Origin: Macrostomum hystrix
Taxonomy: Eukaryota > Animalia > Platyhelminthes
NCBI GenBank assembly: GCA_950097015.1
Contig: CATNEN010000003.1
Span: 310,001 to 374,000 of the forward strand
Direction of reading: 5' to 3'
Length of the DNA stretch: 64,000 bases
Shown here piece by piece: positions 1 to 13,300 of the stretch. The position numbers and the translations under genes were made by a program. Each line of letters starts with the position of its first letter. The stretch's first letter is position 1. The notes under the pieces are model-generated. The model saw nothing but the letters and a program-made list of their open reading frames with translations, ran no database searches and was not told the origin of the DNA.

Positions 1-861
1 ATGCCCAAGCAGTCACCAATTTATTTAAATTGGATTAAATTAAGAGACTAAATTGACAGTGTCCACTTTGAGTAAGCGCTGGTTTTAATCTATCTAATAT
101 AATTCCAGTAGCAGTCAATGCAATTTGGTATACCAGTCGAGTGCATCAGGGACTCAACCCGATTTACTTCCACTCTCTGTTCTATTATTCAGGATTTAGT
201 CTCTGCCACCAGAAGTGTTGGCTTGAGGAAACAAGACAAAGGCTATTTAGAATTTTGGCAACTTTCCCAAAAGATATTATAAAACAAGATATATCCAATA
301 TATTTGAAGGCAAGGTTATAAACACTAGTAAGAATATACTTCTAAGACAAAAATATATGAGATTGAAGTCTTATGATATTCAAATGCTTGATTTCGATAC
401 ATCTACCTATTCTTCTTAGTCTTTATTGTACCTCTCAATACAACTCTCTCTACAATCCCTTGATACAATTCTTCCTAGCTACAAATCTTCAATGTTCTCT
501 TCTCTAATTTAATAGATTCTCCTTAAGTTCACAATCTTTTAGATTTCAGTCCCAAGACTTTTTCTCCTTTCTTTTTGTTCCTAGTTCGAGCCCAAGCTCT
601 CAGACAGCCCCAAGGTTGTTGGATCCTTCCTACAAATTCTCTTTCCTCTGTAAGACAAAACATGATGTCAAGTGAAACATGAAATTAGGTAAAACGCATT
701 GATAACGAAACAGTAAAATACATAGTAAAATACTCAAAGATTTAAGGAGTCTTATTACAAAATAAAATTTTTAATTCTAAGATTTAAAAATGTCAAGACT
801 TACATTTTCTTGGAAAATATGCATTGAATTCAATTTTCTATATTAAGCAATATTTTTGACA

Positions 862-1711
862 CTAGACTAGACTGACACTCAGCCAGCGGACCTCACAGAA
901 AAAGAGCAGATCACTATAGTGTGTGGTCACCTCATTGACAAGCATTTGGAACTGCTGGTGGTTAAGGTATGAAGTCAACAAGATTGATGGACTTAGCACA
1001 CAGGGACTTCTGGTGGATGATGCAATGTACTTTTTGGATGGACAATGTGTATCTTGTAGCCTCACAGTGGTGTATTAGGAGTGAAGCAGCACCATTCTTC
1101 TCCCCAACCATTGCAAGAGCACTATCAGTTGTGAAGCACACTAGGTAGGAGAAGTCAGGTGAGTGCTGCTCAGCACACTGAAGTGTGGCGCCAAAGATGT
1201 CCTGTCCAGTTGTGGTGCCATGCAAAATAACAACTTGCAAGAACTCCTCACACACTTGGAGATCAGCAGTGACCCCGTAAACAAAAAATGGTCTTTGCAT
1301 CAGTGCTCTTGTCCAGAGCTAGGGAGAAAACATCAAGAGTTGAGCAGCAGGTCTTCAGTGAGATCTGCACAGTGTCTGACATCTCCTTAATGTGATGACA
1401 AATGGTGTAGGATGAAAGGCTCACACTCTCAAAGATGGAATGCTGCTCTGGGCAGAGATGGTTCACCATGGCAAAGATGCACTCTTTGATGAAGTCACCA
1501 TCAGAAAATGGCTTCATGCAGCGAGCAAGGAGGCTGGAGACCTCCTAACTGGCTCGCATCACCTTGTCAGCCTCAGCAGTTTGCTTGCAGAAGAGAGAAG
1601 TTGCTTTTTTCTGGTTGCCTGATAGTCATAATGTCCTATTTTCTCTTGGCAGTTAGACATTTACATACATTAGTGCTTGGTTATCTGCTTCCAAATGGCA
1701 GCACACATTGA
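862..1711 (-). pseudogene. Decayed hAT (SPIN/Charlie, GTF2IRD2-like) transposase fragment, frameshifted
   Basis: Overlapping minus-strand ORF pieces carry family motifs in different frames: KPFSDGDFIKECI..LCPEQ, FSLALDKSTD, CFTTDSALAMVG, HCIIHQKSLCAK, YSDLLFFCEVRWLS. Lies upstream of the first visible GLMP exon, probably in its intron. Confidence 0.85.
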
Positions 1712-2493
1712 ACTCCTTGAATATTGCCACTGTCTTTAGGCAGATTAGGCACTCAATGCACTAGTCCAAAGCACTAGATGAATTAATGCTTTTCCTGCCT
1801 GAAAATGCATTGCTTGAGGTCCACTTTCTTCTTAGAAGTTCGAAGTGCTAATTAATATGTTATGTTAATTTTCTATATATCACGATATTATCACGATATT
1901 ACCAGACACTAGTCTGGACTATGAGGAAACGCTAGACAGCAGTCTAGTTTATATTGGTATTAATTTAACTAAATTTAAAAAGCTCAAAGTAAAAAAATTG
2001 ACAATTTTGGAAAAAAAATGCACAGAAGAAGCAGCAAGCTGTGGTGTGTTTTGTTTCTGTTATTTATATTTAGTTTACTTTTAACTAGGGTAAAAGTCTT
2101 TTGAAATGTATTTGATACAGTAATTTGATCATCACAGTACAAGAGGATGACAAGAAGAAATTGCCTTAAGTTTCACTGCCCATGTATTACTTTTTTTCTT
2201 TAAAGTGTGCAAATAAAAACTTCTAGCATATACTCTACCCTTACATGTTTTCCTGGCAAAGTGAATTAAGCTATATAATGGCCTACATTGTGGAATTCTA
2301 AACTTTAATCATACTTTCATTTTAAAGTATTAAATATAATAAGTCCGTGAATCTATTTCTTAGCAATTTATCTGTCAAAAACATCAATTCACAGGCAATA
2401 TACTTGACATGCAAATTATGGCTTTGATGACTTCTCTTTACGTGTAACTAGTTCATAGTTTCTGAAAACATTCTTTCCACCATTTTAAACTAG

Positions 2494-4903
2494 TTTGTGA
2501 TTGTGGAGAATCCCAACTGCAACAGCCTATGTGACAATGGCACTCTGCTCTTGTATAGTCGATTGCCGAGAGGCTCTGACTCTTTGCACATCTTTGTGTC
2601 AGTTGGCAAAGGCCTTGGTGATCTAGCTATATCCTATCTGAAATTTGACGATCCAACGCAAGTGGCTGCGGTGTCTTGGCCGGGAATATTTTCTAGAAAT
2701 CCTCTCTCGAGAGCCAAAGCTTTGTCATTCAGCAATCCACAGGCCAAGCTAATGTCCAAGTTCACATTTGCCATTACTAATGTAAGTGAGCGGTTTCACT
2801 TACTAATGTCGACGTTCAGATAAACTGTTTGCTCTAATTTATAAATATATTCGTGTTTATCTTTTATTTTTTCATATTCATCTTCCATACCTTTTTGTCT
2901 GTCTTTCAAATCTTCATGTCATCTTTCATACCTTCTTTTTTCTCTTTAACATCTTTAAGTTAATCCCCAAATAGCCCTATTAATCCTAGATGATCATGTT
3001 AGCGTTCGATTTTTCGATTTTCACCTTAAAAGATCATCAAGTTGACCCTGTCCTAAAAGATTATCATGCTGACCCTGTCCTAAAAGATCATCAAGTTGAC
3101 CCTGGCCTAAAATATCATCGTGTTGACCCTGTCCTAAAAGATCATCAGGTTGGCCCTGTCCTAAAAGATCATCAAGTTGACCCTGTCCTAAAATATCATC
3201 AAGTTGACCCTGTCCTAAAATATCATCAAGTTGACCCTGTCCTAAAAGATTAACATGTTACCCTGTCCTAAAAGATTATCATGTTACCCTGTCCTAAAAG
3301 ATTATCATGTTACCCTGTCCTAAAAGATTGTCATGTTACCCTGTCCTAAAAGATTATCGTGTTGACCCTGTCCTAAAACATCATCATTTAATCCCTGCCA
3401 TAAAATATCATAATTTAATCCCTGCCACAAAAATATGTCCGTGTTGGCAAGTTGCATTATTTCGATTTATCAACCATGTATGAACCATTAATGTAATAAC
3501 GAATGACGGATAATTTATCTTACTTTAACATTGTTTAGCTAATCGAGTACTCGGACACTAATGATAATGTGACTATTCCGCTGTCGCCAAATAATAGCAC
3601 TCGAGTCTATCCAACTAGCAGCTTTCAGTGGCGTGTAAAAAAGAATGCCACATTGGATGGCGAAGTCACTAAAATTGTCCTGTCAACAAACAGTTTCTAC
3701 GGTAAGTATATCAGTTCTGTTTGAGATAATGTATCAATACAAAAATTCAAATAGCATTTAAGTAAAAAAATTGTAATGAAGTCGTCCGAGTTGAAATCAA
3801 TCCCTTCACAGAGTCAGTCGATTCAGACTTGGATCCTAGCGACTACGTGCAGGACAACCAGAACGTTTCGGCCAACAGTTTGCTATTTACAGCCAATGGC
3901 AGTCTTGAGCTAACCCTGCAACTGTCACCATCAAAAGGCCGGGCCGATTCTCTGCCCCAGCTGCAGTTCACGGGCAATAATACGCAGATGGAACTGCTCA
4001 TGCTCAATCTTGTTAGCAACTTGCCTAATGCTAGATTCGCCGTTGAATCGGCTTTGCTGGATGGCACACTGGGCTCAACTGGCCAACAGCGCACCCAGAA
4101 TATTCTAGAACCCTTCAATATTGATGACGAATTCACTCCGGGAATATTTCACATGTCCAATTGGATCTCCGAGGACAAGGATATTTCGTGTTATGTCCAA
4201 TGGAAGCCGGTTTGCTACAAGGCCAAAGAAAGGAGCATTGCCAATAGTGCTGTGGTGTACAAGTCTAGTCTCGTACAGTTGACACCTGGGATTGCGGAGT
4301 CGCTGAATGACAGTTTCGCTTACGCTTTATTCAATGGCAATCTAGCTCAGCTTACTGGAGCAAGGGCCGTCAATATCACATTTGGCACGATGTCTGATAA
4401 GTTCTACGCAGCTAAGAAGTACATTGTTTGGTGAGTAAAGATGCTGAACTAGCAGTATACGAACCTATACGACTCTTGTAAAAATTTGGGCAACAAAAGG
4501 TTTAAAAACTGCATGAAAGTCATTAACCCCGCGTATGAGTGTGCCAATGTCAATCTATTTATCATGGGTTGCTTTTACATATCACACATCCCCGCCTATG
4601 GGAAGCAGGAGCAAAATATCCTTTAGTGCATTCGCTACTGCCTTTCTGAGCAATGCTGCTTCTCTGAGCAATTATTGGCTTCTTGATCAATTTGACTGGC
4701 ATTGGATTCGCAGGACCGTGTCCGTTGGTTTCGGCGCGCCACCATACGATCAGGTGTCATCCCTTGTAATAGCTGTGATTCTTTGCGGACTAGGCCTGCC
4801 TTTCCTACTGATGTCAGCTGCTGCTGTCTATCTGTGCGTGCGCCGATTTCGTGAACCTGCCACAGACGGTGCTGTTAGCGCATATCAGCCAATCAACGCT
4901 TAA
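2494..4903 (+). CDS. GLMP: Glycosylated lysosomal membrane protein (NCU-G1/C1orf85 family), 5'-partial. Exons 2494-2781, 3539-3701, 3812-4430, 4714-4903
   Basis: GT-AG junctions keep frame (phases 0,1,2). Motifs LIEYSDTND..YPTSSFQW, NIDDEFTPGIF, YVQWKPVCY, many NxS/T sequons, C-terminal TM (LVIAVILCGLGLPFLLM) and lysosomal YxxPhi tail AYQPINA. Signal-peptide exon not identified in the window. Confidence 0.85.
3020..3430. repeat. 27/26-bp minisatellite (gaccctgtcctaaaagatcatcaagtt) in a GLMP intron
   Basis: Roughly 15 tandem copies visible; gives the spurious VDPVLKDHQ ORF. Confidence 0.95.
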
Positions 4904-5336
4904 GCACCGGGCACTTAATCAAATGAACATGTTGCTTTGGTAACTAACGAAAGCGTTGCTACAGTGCGTCAGTAGCATATTTATAATTTAACTGAAAGCT
5001 AGGACCTGTTGATTATCCCAATATAATTGAAATTCGGATGTTTTGGTTAGCAGGAATCAAGGTCTTAATTTTTTGTCAGAAGCAAATTTTTACGTCTAAC
5101 TTATGCCTTTTAATTTTTACACTGCTGTGGCTTTCACTTTAACAGTAGTAATAAAAAGTATATATCTTTCTGACTGGCAATACAGTCCTGTTCGTTTATT
5201 ATCTCACAGTTTCAAGGCAAAATAATACTCGTAAATTCGCTTGTTGCTTTCCACCGGATGAAAAAAATGCGTTCCATTGTCCTGCCAATGCTGTTCCTTT
5301 TGCCCTACTTTTTATTGCCTAAATTGTTTATTATTC

Positions 5337-6699
5337 CGGGTGTCCGGAAAGTCATGAGAAAACTACAAAAGGTTAATTATAAAAACGCACAGAACAGTGA
5401 AACTTTACTAATCAGTAATGTAATTTCCCCTGAAGTCAATCACAGCTTGGCAGTGCTCCACGAGCCGTAGAACCTCGCGTTTCAAGCAGTTTGCATCCAG
5501 ACCCCTCGCCCACTGCAACGCGGCCTCGCGGACCTCATCGTGGCTGCTGAACTCCCGCTTCGAGAAGTCCGATTTCAGCCAATTGAAGAAAAAACGGTCG
5601 CATAAATTGAAATCAGGGCTGAAGGGACTCTGAAAAAGCAGTTGAACTCCACGAGTAGCATGTACTGCTGCACAGGCTGGGCCACGAGGTCGTGCGTTGT
5701 CCCACTGCCACAAGACTTCGGACAAGTGAATTGGCTGTGATCTGAGGCTCCGCCATAGGTCACCTGTGTGTCGAACGAATTCAACGATGCGATTGGCATC
5801 AACAGTCTGCTTTGGCGCCGTTGACATGATAGAGAATCGCTTGCTTGGGGTGAAAGCGACTACCAGCATTGTCTTTGGGTCCCCGACTGAGTGTCTCACA
5901 ACTTGAGGTCGATGGTCGCCTTGACCCAGCCAGCACCGGTTGTTCTGCCGTTTACCAGTGTTTTTAAGGTACACCCACGCCTCGTCCTCCACCACGTACT
6001 TGTTGCAGAAGCTGGTCATGCCCTCGGTATGAAAAATCCGACGTATTTGCTTGGCACAATTGACGCGAGCAACCTTGTTCTCCTCGGAGAGAACATGCGG
6101 GACCCACACGGCAGACACATTGCGAAGTTGCAGGTCTTCAGTCAATATTTCATGTACTGTTGATTTCCCAACCTCCATGAAGTCAGCAAGATCTCTGACA
6201 CTCACTTTTGGGTCTTCTTTCACGAGATTTCTGCAGGTCTCGATCGGCTCTGGTGTTCTCGTCGATCTCGGCCGGCCAGTACGGGCAGCTTGGGCCAGTG
6301 GGTACGACTCGTCACGGAACCTTGTGTACCATCGGTACACTGACGACAGACCAGGCGCCACATCTCCATGCACTTTCAGCAGTTCTCCATGGCAATCAGG
6401 AGCAGATATACCAAGCTTATACCTGGTATAAGCATAAGCTTGAAACTCGTCCATCTCAAAGCAGCAGCAAGGATCAATGAAGAAAAAAGTAATGATAGAT
6501 GCTTGCTTTGCCTCTGCGTTGCAGTGGCCTAGACTTCTAAGTTATAACCATCAGCCTTACCCCCAAATTTGAAGCTAGAATCTAGCTCTTTCAGCCATAG
6601 ACATATATTAAGTCAAGTGTTAGAATGGTACAGTATCTTGTCAATAGTTTGTGTCTAAGTAGTTAGAATAACACATTCTCATGACTTTCCGGACACCCG
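5337..6699 (-). mobile_element. Mariner (Tc1/mariner) DNA transposon, about 1.36 kb, with 24-bp terminal inverted repeats
   Basis: cgggtgtccggaaagtcatgagaa at 5337-5360 is the exact reverse complement of 6676-6699, and the pair encloses a transposase ORF. TA is near the left end only. Confidence 0.92.
5408..6454 (-). CDS. Mariner transposase, 348 aa
   Basis: N-terminal HTH region, WVPHVL motif, catalytic VEDEAW / WDNARP / SPDFNLCD. Contains a short probable compensated frameshift (see findings). Confidence 0.9.
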   Translation of the reverse strand: MDEFQAYAYTRYKLGISAPDCHGELLKVHGDVAPGLSSVYRWYTRFRDESYPLAQAARTGRPRSTRTPEPIETCRNLVKEDPKVSVRDLADFMEVGKSTVHEILTEDLQLRNVSAVWVPHVLSEENKVARVNCAKQIRRIFHTEGMTSFCNKYVVEDEAWVYLKNTGKRQNNRCWLGQGDHRPQVVRHSVGDPKTMLVVAFTPSKRFSIMSTAPKQTVDANRIVEFVRHTGDLWRSLRSQPIHLSEVLWQWDNARPRGPACAAVHATRGVQLLFQSPFSPDFNLCDRFFFNWLKSDFSKREFSSHDEVREAALQWARGLDANCLKREVLRLVEHCQAVIDFRGNYITD

Positions 6700-7761
6700 A
6701 AGTCCGAAATACTTGGAAGTATTACCAAGTTGTTTTTTCTTTAGTTATTATGTTAAATCGATTGGACACCTGCACACTAGAGCAATGTTTCTACACCTTC
6801 CAGAGGTGACTTATAGCCTAGGTAACTACGAGGTATCTGGGACAGGTCCGTCAATAGAATTCAGTCCTGCCCCAGCGTCGCTGAAATCCCTCCGCAGTTT
6901 TCTATTTTGCAGAGAATATGTTGTTTAGTATACATCACTTTAAATCGATAGCTGAGGAGTTCTAAAAAACTCTCTCTGTGTTAAAAGAGCATAGGACAGC
7001 CAAAGAAACAGATTTTGCTTTCGTAAATCGGATTTCTATCGAGTTAGGAGACAACTATGCCAATGAAATATTCCAGCTTTATGTTGCATGTTCGCAAGTT
7101 GAAGCAATGAATATTATATTGCTCTTAATTTCCACTTCATAATTTACTGTCAATAAATCTACCGAAATCCGAAAAGAGGGCCTATATTTTTCTGCTTGCT
7201 AATGAATTTAGCTATTAATGATTTAGCCTTGTATGAAATTTAAATAGGCCTCTTAATCTCTGTATATTAAACAGCGATTATTTTTAAGCGATAATGCATT
7301 GAAATCTCCTGTGTTGAATTTTTTTGTTTTAAATTCAGTATTTTCTCTATTTTTGCGATAAAGCATGATTTTTAATGAAAGATTACGGCATGCGATGTGC
7401 ATAATTTTGAATTTTGTTAGACTTGTCTTTTTATTCTTCTTTCTTTTGCACAAAAATTGTTGATTGACTACTGATATTCTAAGCTAGAAGTAGTATACAT
7501 CGAAAAAAAAAAATTTAGGCATTGTTCGTGACCACTATGCTTATTATAGATAGCTGTATTCACTTAGTTGGATGCCTAAATTGTTTGTTTAGATTATGAG
7601 GATTTTTTCTGTCTCGTAATTAAGTTTGTATCTGCTTTTCGGGTTTGTGGTACCGTTTAACATTAATTTGATACAATTACAGCTCATTACAGCTCACACG
7701 GTCCTTTGTGACATCAAAGTACTGTCCACAGCCTAGCAACTGATTTCGGCGCTTCAAAAGC

Positions 7762-8061
7762 ATGGCTCTCCTAGGCCCAAAACTGTCCGTTGGCCTGCTA
7801 GTGTTATCTGTGTGGGGCATTGTTATGCTTCTGCTATTGGGCATATTCGCTCGGGTTAACGCTGTCGCCCTAGCCGAAGACATCTACTTCGATCAGAACA
7901 AATGGGCCACCTCTGGCTACAGCTATCAGTACATTGACGACCGGTACAAGCAGCTATCCAATAACTGCTTTATTGCTGCTGGAATCTATGTACTGCTGCT
8001 AGTTTTCAGCGGCATTCAGTATCGCCTGAACATTGTCAATAGCTACGCTGCGCCTGGCTAA
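7762..8061 (+). CDS. RNASEK: Ribonuclease kappa / V-ATPase V0 subunit f, 99 aa, no coding introns
   Basis: GPKLS..GLLVLSVWGIVML.LLGIF..NAVALAED and Y.Q.S.NCFIAAGIY..L..FS; two TM helices. Confidence 0.92.
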   Translation: MALLGPKLSVGLLVLSVWGIVMLLLLGIFARVNAVALAEDIYFDQNKWATSGYSYQYIDDRYKQLSNNCFIAAGIYVLLLVFSGIQYRLNIVNSYAAPG

Positions 8062-9019
8062 GCTGCTTTTGCTGTGCCCGCCTTGGAATGAACAGTGAAA
8101 CTATTTTCAATATTTCATTGCAGACTATGCCTGCCTGGTTCAATGATCGCTTAATTGTTATTCCTCTCTTCATTTTCCGACCTTGTCTGTAATTTGTAAC
8201 TATAGAAGTGGTAGTTTTTAATTTTGCTTTCAGTATAACAACCACTAATGGCAGTATGCTATTACTTATTTAGCTAATTAAGCGTGACGTCTTCAAACTC
8301 CCCTTGTTAATTTCCGTTGTCTAGATAATAGTAAGTATTGCACATCAAATTGTTTTGTTGTCTTGTGCTTCTGTTGACTGCTAATTAATATATTCGTTCA
8401 ATCCTCCGTATTCCCTTTTCTGTTTGAATTGAATTGCATAATATTGATACACACGAGTAGAAATCAGACATTTAATATTACATGCATGTAGAATGTACTA
8501 TAGCTATTGCATTGGATTATCTATAGAATATTTGATTATCAATTATCTGTGTTATCCAGATTTCTTTAATTGATTTTTATTCCTACATATGCATAACCTA
8601 GTGAGCGGACTCCTTATTGTGTAAATTCAGTCTAATCAATTGTGTCCATTCTTGTCTTAGTCTCATATTCTATATTATTTTATATATCATATTATATATA
8701 ATATAAATCTATATTATACTCGAACATGCAGTACATTTCCTTTTATATACTATTTCTCGGCACAAAAAATTCAAAATGATCTGAGCAGTGAATTCGGAAA
8801 TAAATACATAGATTTCCCACATTCTTAATTGTCTAATAGTTAAATGAATGAGTTGCTATGAATTTCTCAATAAAGTGGGTACCAGGGTTAGTACTGCTGG
8901 AAACAAATTGACTTAACTGTATAAAAACTTTTCACTTTTCTTTATTAATAATTTGTATAACCCAAATCAGCCAACCACGGCTCAAAAAGCTCCTGAATCT
9001 GGCTCGCTCTAATCCTTTT

Positions 9020-9860
9020 GCACCCCTTCCCTGTCTCATCTATCCCCTGTCTCATCTCTCCCCTGTCTCATCTCTCCCCTGTCTCATCTCTCCCCTGTCT
9101 CATCTCTCCCCTGTCTCATCTCTCCCCTGTCTCATCTCCCCTTTATTATCTCTCCTTGTCTTATCTCTCCCCTGTCTCATCTCTCCCTTGTCTCATCTCT
9201 CCCCTGTCTCATCTCTCCCTTGTCTCATCTCTCCCCTTTCTCATCTCTCCCCTGTCTCATCTCTCCTTGTCTTATCTCTCCCCTGTCTCATCTCTCCTCT
9301 GCCTCATCTCTCCCCTTTATTATCTCTCCCCTGTCTCATCTCTCCTCTGTCTCATCTCTCCTGTCTCATCTCTCTCCTGTCTCATCTCTCCCCTGTCTCA
9401 TCTCTCCCCTGTCTCATCTCTCCCCTGTCTCATCTCTCCCCTGTCTCATCTCTCCCCTGTCTCATCTCTCCCCTGTCTCATCTCTCCCCTGTCTCATCTC
9501 TCCCCTGTCTCATCTCCCCTTTATTATCTCTCCTTGTCTTATCTCTCCCCTGTCTCATCTCTCCCTTGTCTCATCTCTCCCCTGTCTCATCTCTCTCCTG
9601 TCTCATCTCTCCCCTGTCTCATCTCTCCTGTCTCATCTCTCCCCTGTCTCATCTCTCCCCTGTCTCATCTCTCCCCTTTATTAACTCTCCTTGTCTTATC
9701 TCTCCCGTCTCATCTCTCCCCTGTCTCACCTCTCCCCTGTATTATCTCTCCCCTTTATTATCTCTCCTTGTCTTATCTCTACCCTTATCATCCCTCCCCT
9801 TTATCATCTCTCCCTGTCTCATCATCACTCCGTCTTATAATCTCTCTCCTTGTCTCATCT
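9020..9860. repeat. Pyrimidine-rich 16-bp minisatellite (tctcatctctcccctg)
   Basis: Tandem copies with degenerate ends; explains the three overlapping low-complexity ORFs. Confidence 0.95.
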
Positions 9861-10198
9861 CTCGTCTCAAATCTCATTGTCTCATTATTTCTCTGTTTAT
9901 TTTCCTCTTTTCATATGTAGTGTCACCACTTCTGTGTTTTGTATCTTTTTTCCGACTGCCCTATCTTATTCTATTAGAGTATTATTCTATCTTATTCGGT
10001 CGGCCATCGTCTCATGCTCTCTTTTGCTCGAGAGACATCTCAGTTTGCCCAGAATCCAGAATCATATTTAAGAATTGATACTCGTCACATTTATATAAAT
10101 CACTCGTATATAAATGGCTGCATTCGATTGAAATGAAAGCAATTCGCATCTCTTTTTTTCATTCCAGAGCCCTATTCACAACAGCCGCCGCCCTAGCC

Positions 10199-10312
10199 AT
10201 GATCACGGACGTGCAATTGTCAGTCTTTGCTAATCTGCTCAGCGTTTTTCTATTCCTGCTGGTCATTCTCTATCACTACATCTCCGTAAATAGCGGAAAG
10301 AAGGCGGATTGA
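10199..10312 (+). CDS. OST4: Oligosaccharyltransferase subunit 4, 37 aa ([37 protein letters not shown])
   Basis: Translated by hand, below the ORF-track cutoff. Matches the OST4 signature MITDVQLxxFANxLxVxLFLLVxLYHY. Good Kozak context (gccATG) and an upstream acceptor tctttttttcattccag ending at 10167. Confidence 0.95.
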   Translation: MITDVQLSVFANLLSVFLFLLVILYHYISVNSGKKAD

Positions 10313-13300
10313 TTTGAACAAAGTTTTTTATTCTTGTTGTTTAGATCTTAGTTTCAGTGGTAGATAGGTTGAGTCTTCTAATTATAAAATGCAATGAAAT
10401 ACGTTAGTTAAGTGTTTGCCGTTTGTTTATTTATCTATCTTGTCATAATTAGTTTATTTCTATTTTGCTTCTGGTGTTTCAGTTTTAACTAGATTCGATT
10501 TTTCAATCGTTGGTGTCTAGTGGTAGAAGCTAAATTATTTAGCAAATTTTCCGGAATTCGTCAAGTGCATATTTTTAGTACGAAAGTCGGCCAAACCAAT
10601 TAAATTGTGTTTATTGGGTGCGTTGGAACTGTTAGTAACGGAAATTTCCTTTAATCGATATTTATTGACGCCTGCCGTGGGCTGTTTATTAAGCTCTCCT
10701 GAGTAGGAAATTACTATCTAGGTTTTAATTCTCGCTCTATTTAGAAGTATACGTTTTTTTATTTTGCCTTTGCTCTTGTTAGAAATCTGCTATGGAACTT
10801 GTCTGGCTAACGTGCACTGTGCAATATACAATGTGGATGTAACCTTTGGTTATATAGTGTTAGATGCTAATGATTGTAGGTAATAGTTTTTGTGCTAAAC
10901 AGGATTAGCAATGAGCCCCGTTATACGATACTTCAAAGCCCACTGATAAGCTTTTTGATAAGCTTTCCGTAACTGATCAAAACAAAATTGCCGGGCGTGG
11001 GATTTTTCTAATCACATTACGCAAGTACGAGTTAGTGTTTGTTTCTCGTTTGCCCTAACATTGTGTTTCTTGTTGACTTGAACTGATGCGAACAAACTAG
11101 ATTGGCTGAGTTTTTTCTTCTGCGTGTGCTACCTACTGTCTCCTCTGTCACAACCTTAAAACCTTTGATTTCGCTGTCACTATAACCGTTACTCATGCTG
11201 AATCCGTTAAGAAAAGATACTACAGTCATTAAACATAATTACTAACTTTATTGCTGGAGAATTTTAAATTCGTCTTTTTATTTTCCATGTAATCATTTTA
11301 TATATTAGTAAGCTAGCACACTAGGCTTATAGTAGACATTAGACAGTGCAATTGGCACACTGTATATGTTGCGTTCGGCGCTGTTTTTATCCCTATATAA
11401 GTCAAGCGTTGGATAAGCTGTCAGTCATTGACTAGGGCGATTGTGGGATGCCACTGCTGTGGAATATTTTTTTAGCGGAATCGTTTGACTGTTAGATTTG
11501 TTAGTTTTGTATGCTTGCATAAAGCACAGAAAAATTGACAAGTGGAAGCCAGCGCTCTGTAAAATATTGCAGAACAACACGATAAAACACAGCGTCTTTC
11601 CAATAAAAAATGCTGCAGACTCTGCTTCTACTTTTCTCCCCCCAGGTCTATAGTAGCCTGGTCTCTTCCCAATTCGCGTCTTTCTAAAGCAAAATTTGTG
11701 CCGAAACAGTAAGTGAAGGCTTGTGAATTTGAAATGAGACCCTTGTATGGTTGGTCGGCTGAGTTAGTTGGCGCGGATGCGAATAAAGCTGCTTTATCCT
11801 CTCCTCAACAAAACTGCTGACGAGCTGTCATTTACTAGTTTTTTGCCTATTCGCGCTGCACTTTCCACAACTAGACGCCAAGATGGTGAAAACGTGAAGA
11901 AAAAATAAAACACGAGTGAAAGTGGCATCTCCCTGGCTACTGGCCCTGGCTCTCTGCGGTCGAAAATTCCCCCACTGCGGCTGTTAACGCTTGCTTGGCC
12001 AACGAGTACGGAGACTTATTTAGTATGAGGGGCCGGCCGCTCTCCTGAGAGCCGGCTTGAATGTGACGTGGCAATGAATAAATAATCCCCCATCACCCTT
12101 CTCGAGTGAGTACAACGAATTGGCGGGCGTGAGGGCCCACCTTATTCCCTACTCACTCATACCCCTGGTGCAGCATGCCTGTCTTCTGTAGATGCAGTCA
12201 ATCGGAAATCAGTACCCTTCGCTTCGCTGCCTGCTATTCAATCTAACTAGATATAGCCTAGCAGCATAAGCTCTTATTGCATAGAGTTTAACTATAATAG
12301 CAGTTTTACATATTTTAAATGCATCCAGGCCCTATTTACTGCGATGCTTCACTGTTGCGCTAGTAAGTTCTGAGTGGCAATCCGGGCAAAATTCTTTACC
12401 GCTTAGACCGTTCATCACTGTAGCTCTTCTTAGGACACACTTAGGATACATATATTAGTTTTTGTGCCTATCATCTAGTTGGTCGCGCTAGGTGGTATTT
12501 CGGCGCCCTGATTTACCCTGCCCTGTTGTAAGTCCATAATTAGATGCTTCTAACCGTTCATTAGCGCCATAACGACTTTCCGTCTAACAGACCCAATAGT
12601 GAGAGTTATAAGTCAATGGGTTTGTTTACGATTTTTTAATCGTTTACTAGTACTCTATCAATCATATTTTTATAGAAGTATGTAGGCATCCATAAAATTA
12701 GCCGAGTTATATTCTACAATAGGTGATAGTTTTGAGGGCCAATCAGCTAAAAGTTTAACCATGAATGCGAGGATATCATTAGTGCGCTTTTATTTGCTAC
12801 ATTTCAGTAGCGAGTATTCTTCCTCATTTTCTTTTTTCTCGTAGTGTTCGTTTAAGTATTAAAAATTCATCAATATTCACTGAGCTTATAACTTAATGTT
12901 TCGTTTCAGCATTGGCAAAACGCCAGTTTCCCTGTGAATATTATTTCCCGGAGATGTTGGAGATGCTGGAGATTGTGGTCCGCTTCTGTCTGATATCTTG
13001 GGTATTGTGTAGCAAAGGTTCTCGCCCAGTTTGTCTTCTCAATCTAATTTTTTCTCACTGAATTCTGGCAGTCTCCTCTCAAGCCTCCATTTCAATTCCA
13101 TCAATTAGCCCCTATGCTATGCGTTTTTTCGGGCTTGGAAGCACCAGCTATATTTGTAACATTGCTAAACCCCTCACCTGCCCAGCACCCATTCTCTCTT
13201 CGCCTTTATCCTCTTGTTAGGATGATGATTGTATCGACGCATTTTTTCCACGCGACGAGCCCAGTTTTTTCCCACGAATTTTTCAGCGCTGCATGCATTT

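Noticed and set aside
141-660. 92-aa ORF or transposon remnant
   Set aside because: No recognisable motif in the frames inspected and many stops.
9018-10078. 154-300 aa ORFs
   Set aside because: Translations of the 16-bp minisatellite.
11740-12200. Possible solo LTR (aataaa motifs, GC-rich patches)
   Set aside because: No TG..CA ends, target-site duplication or second copy could be established by eye.
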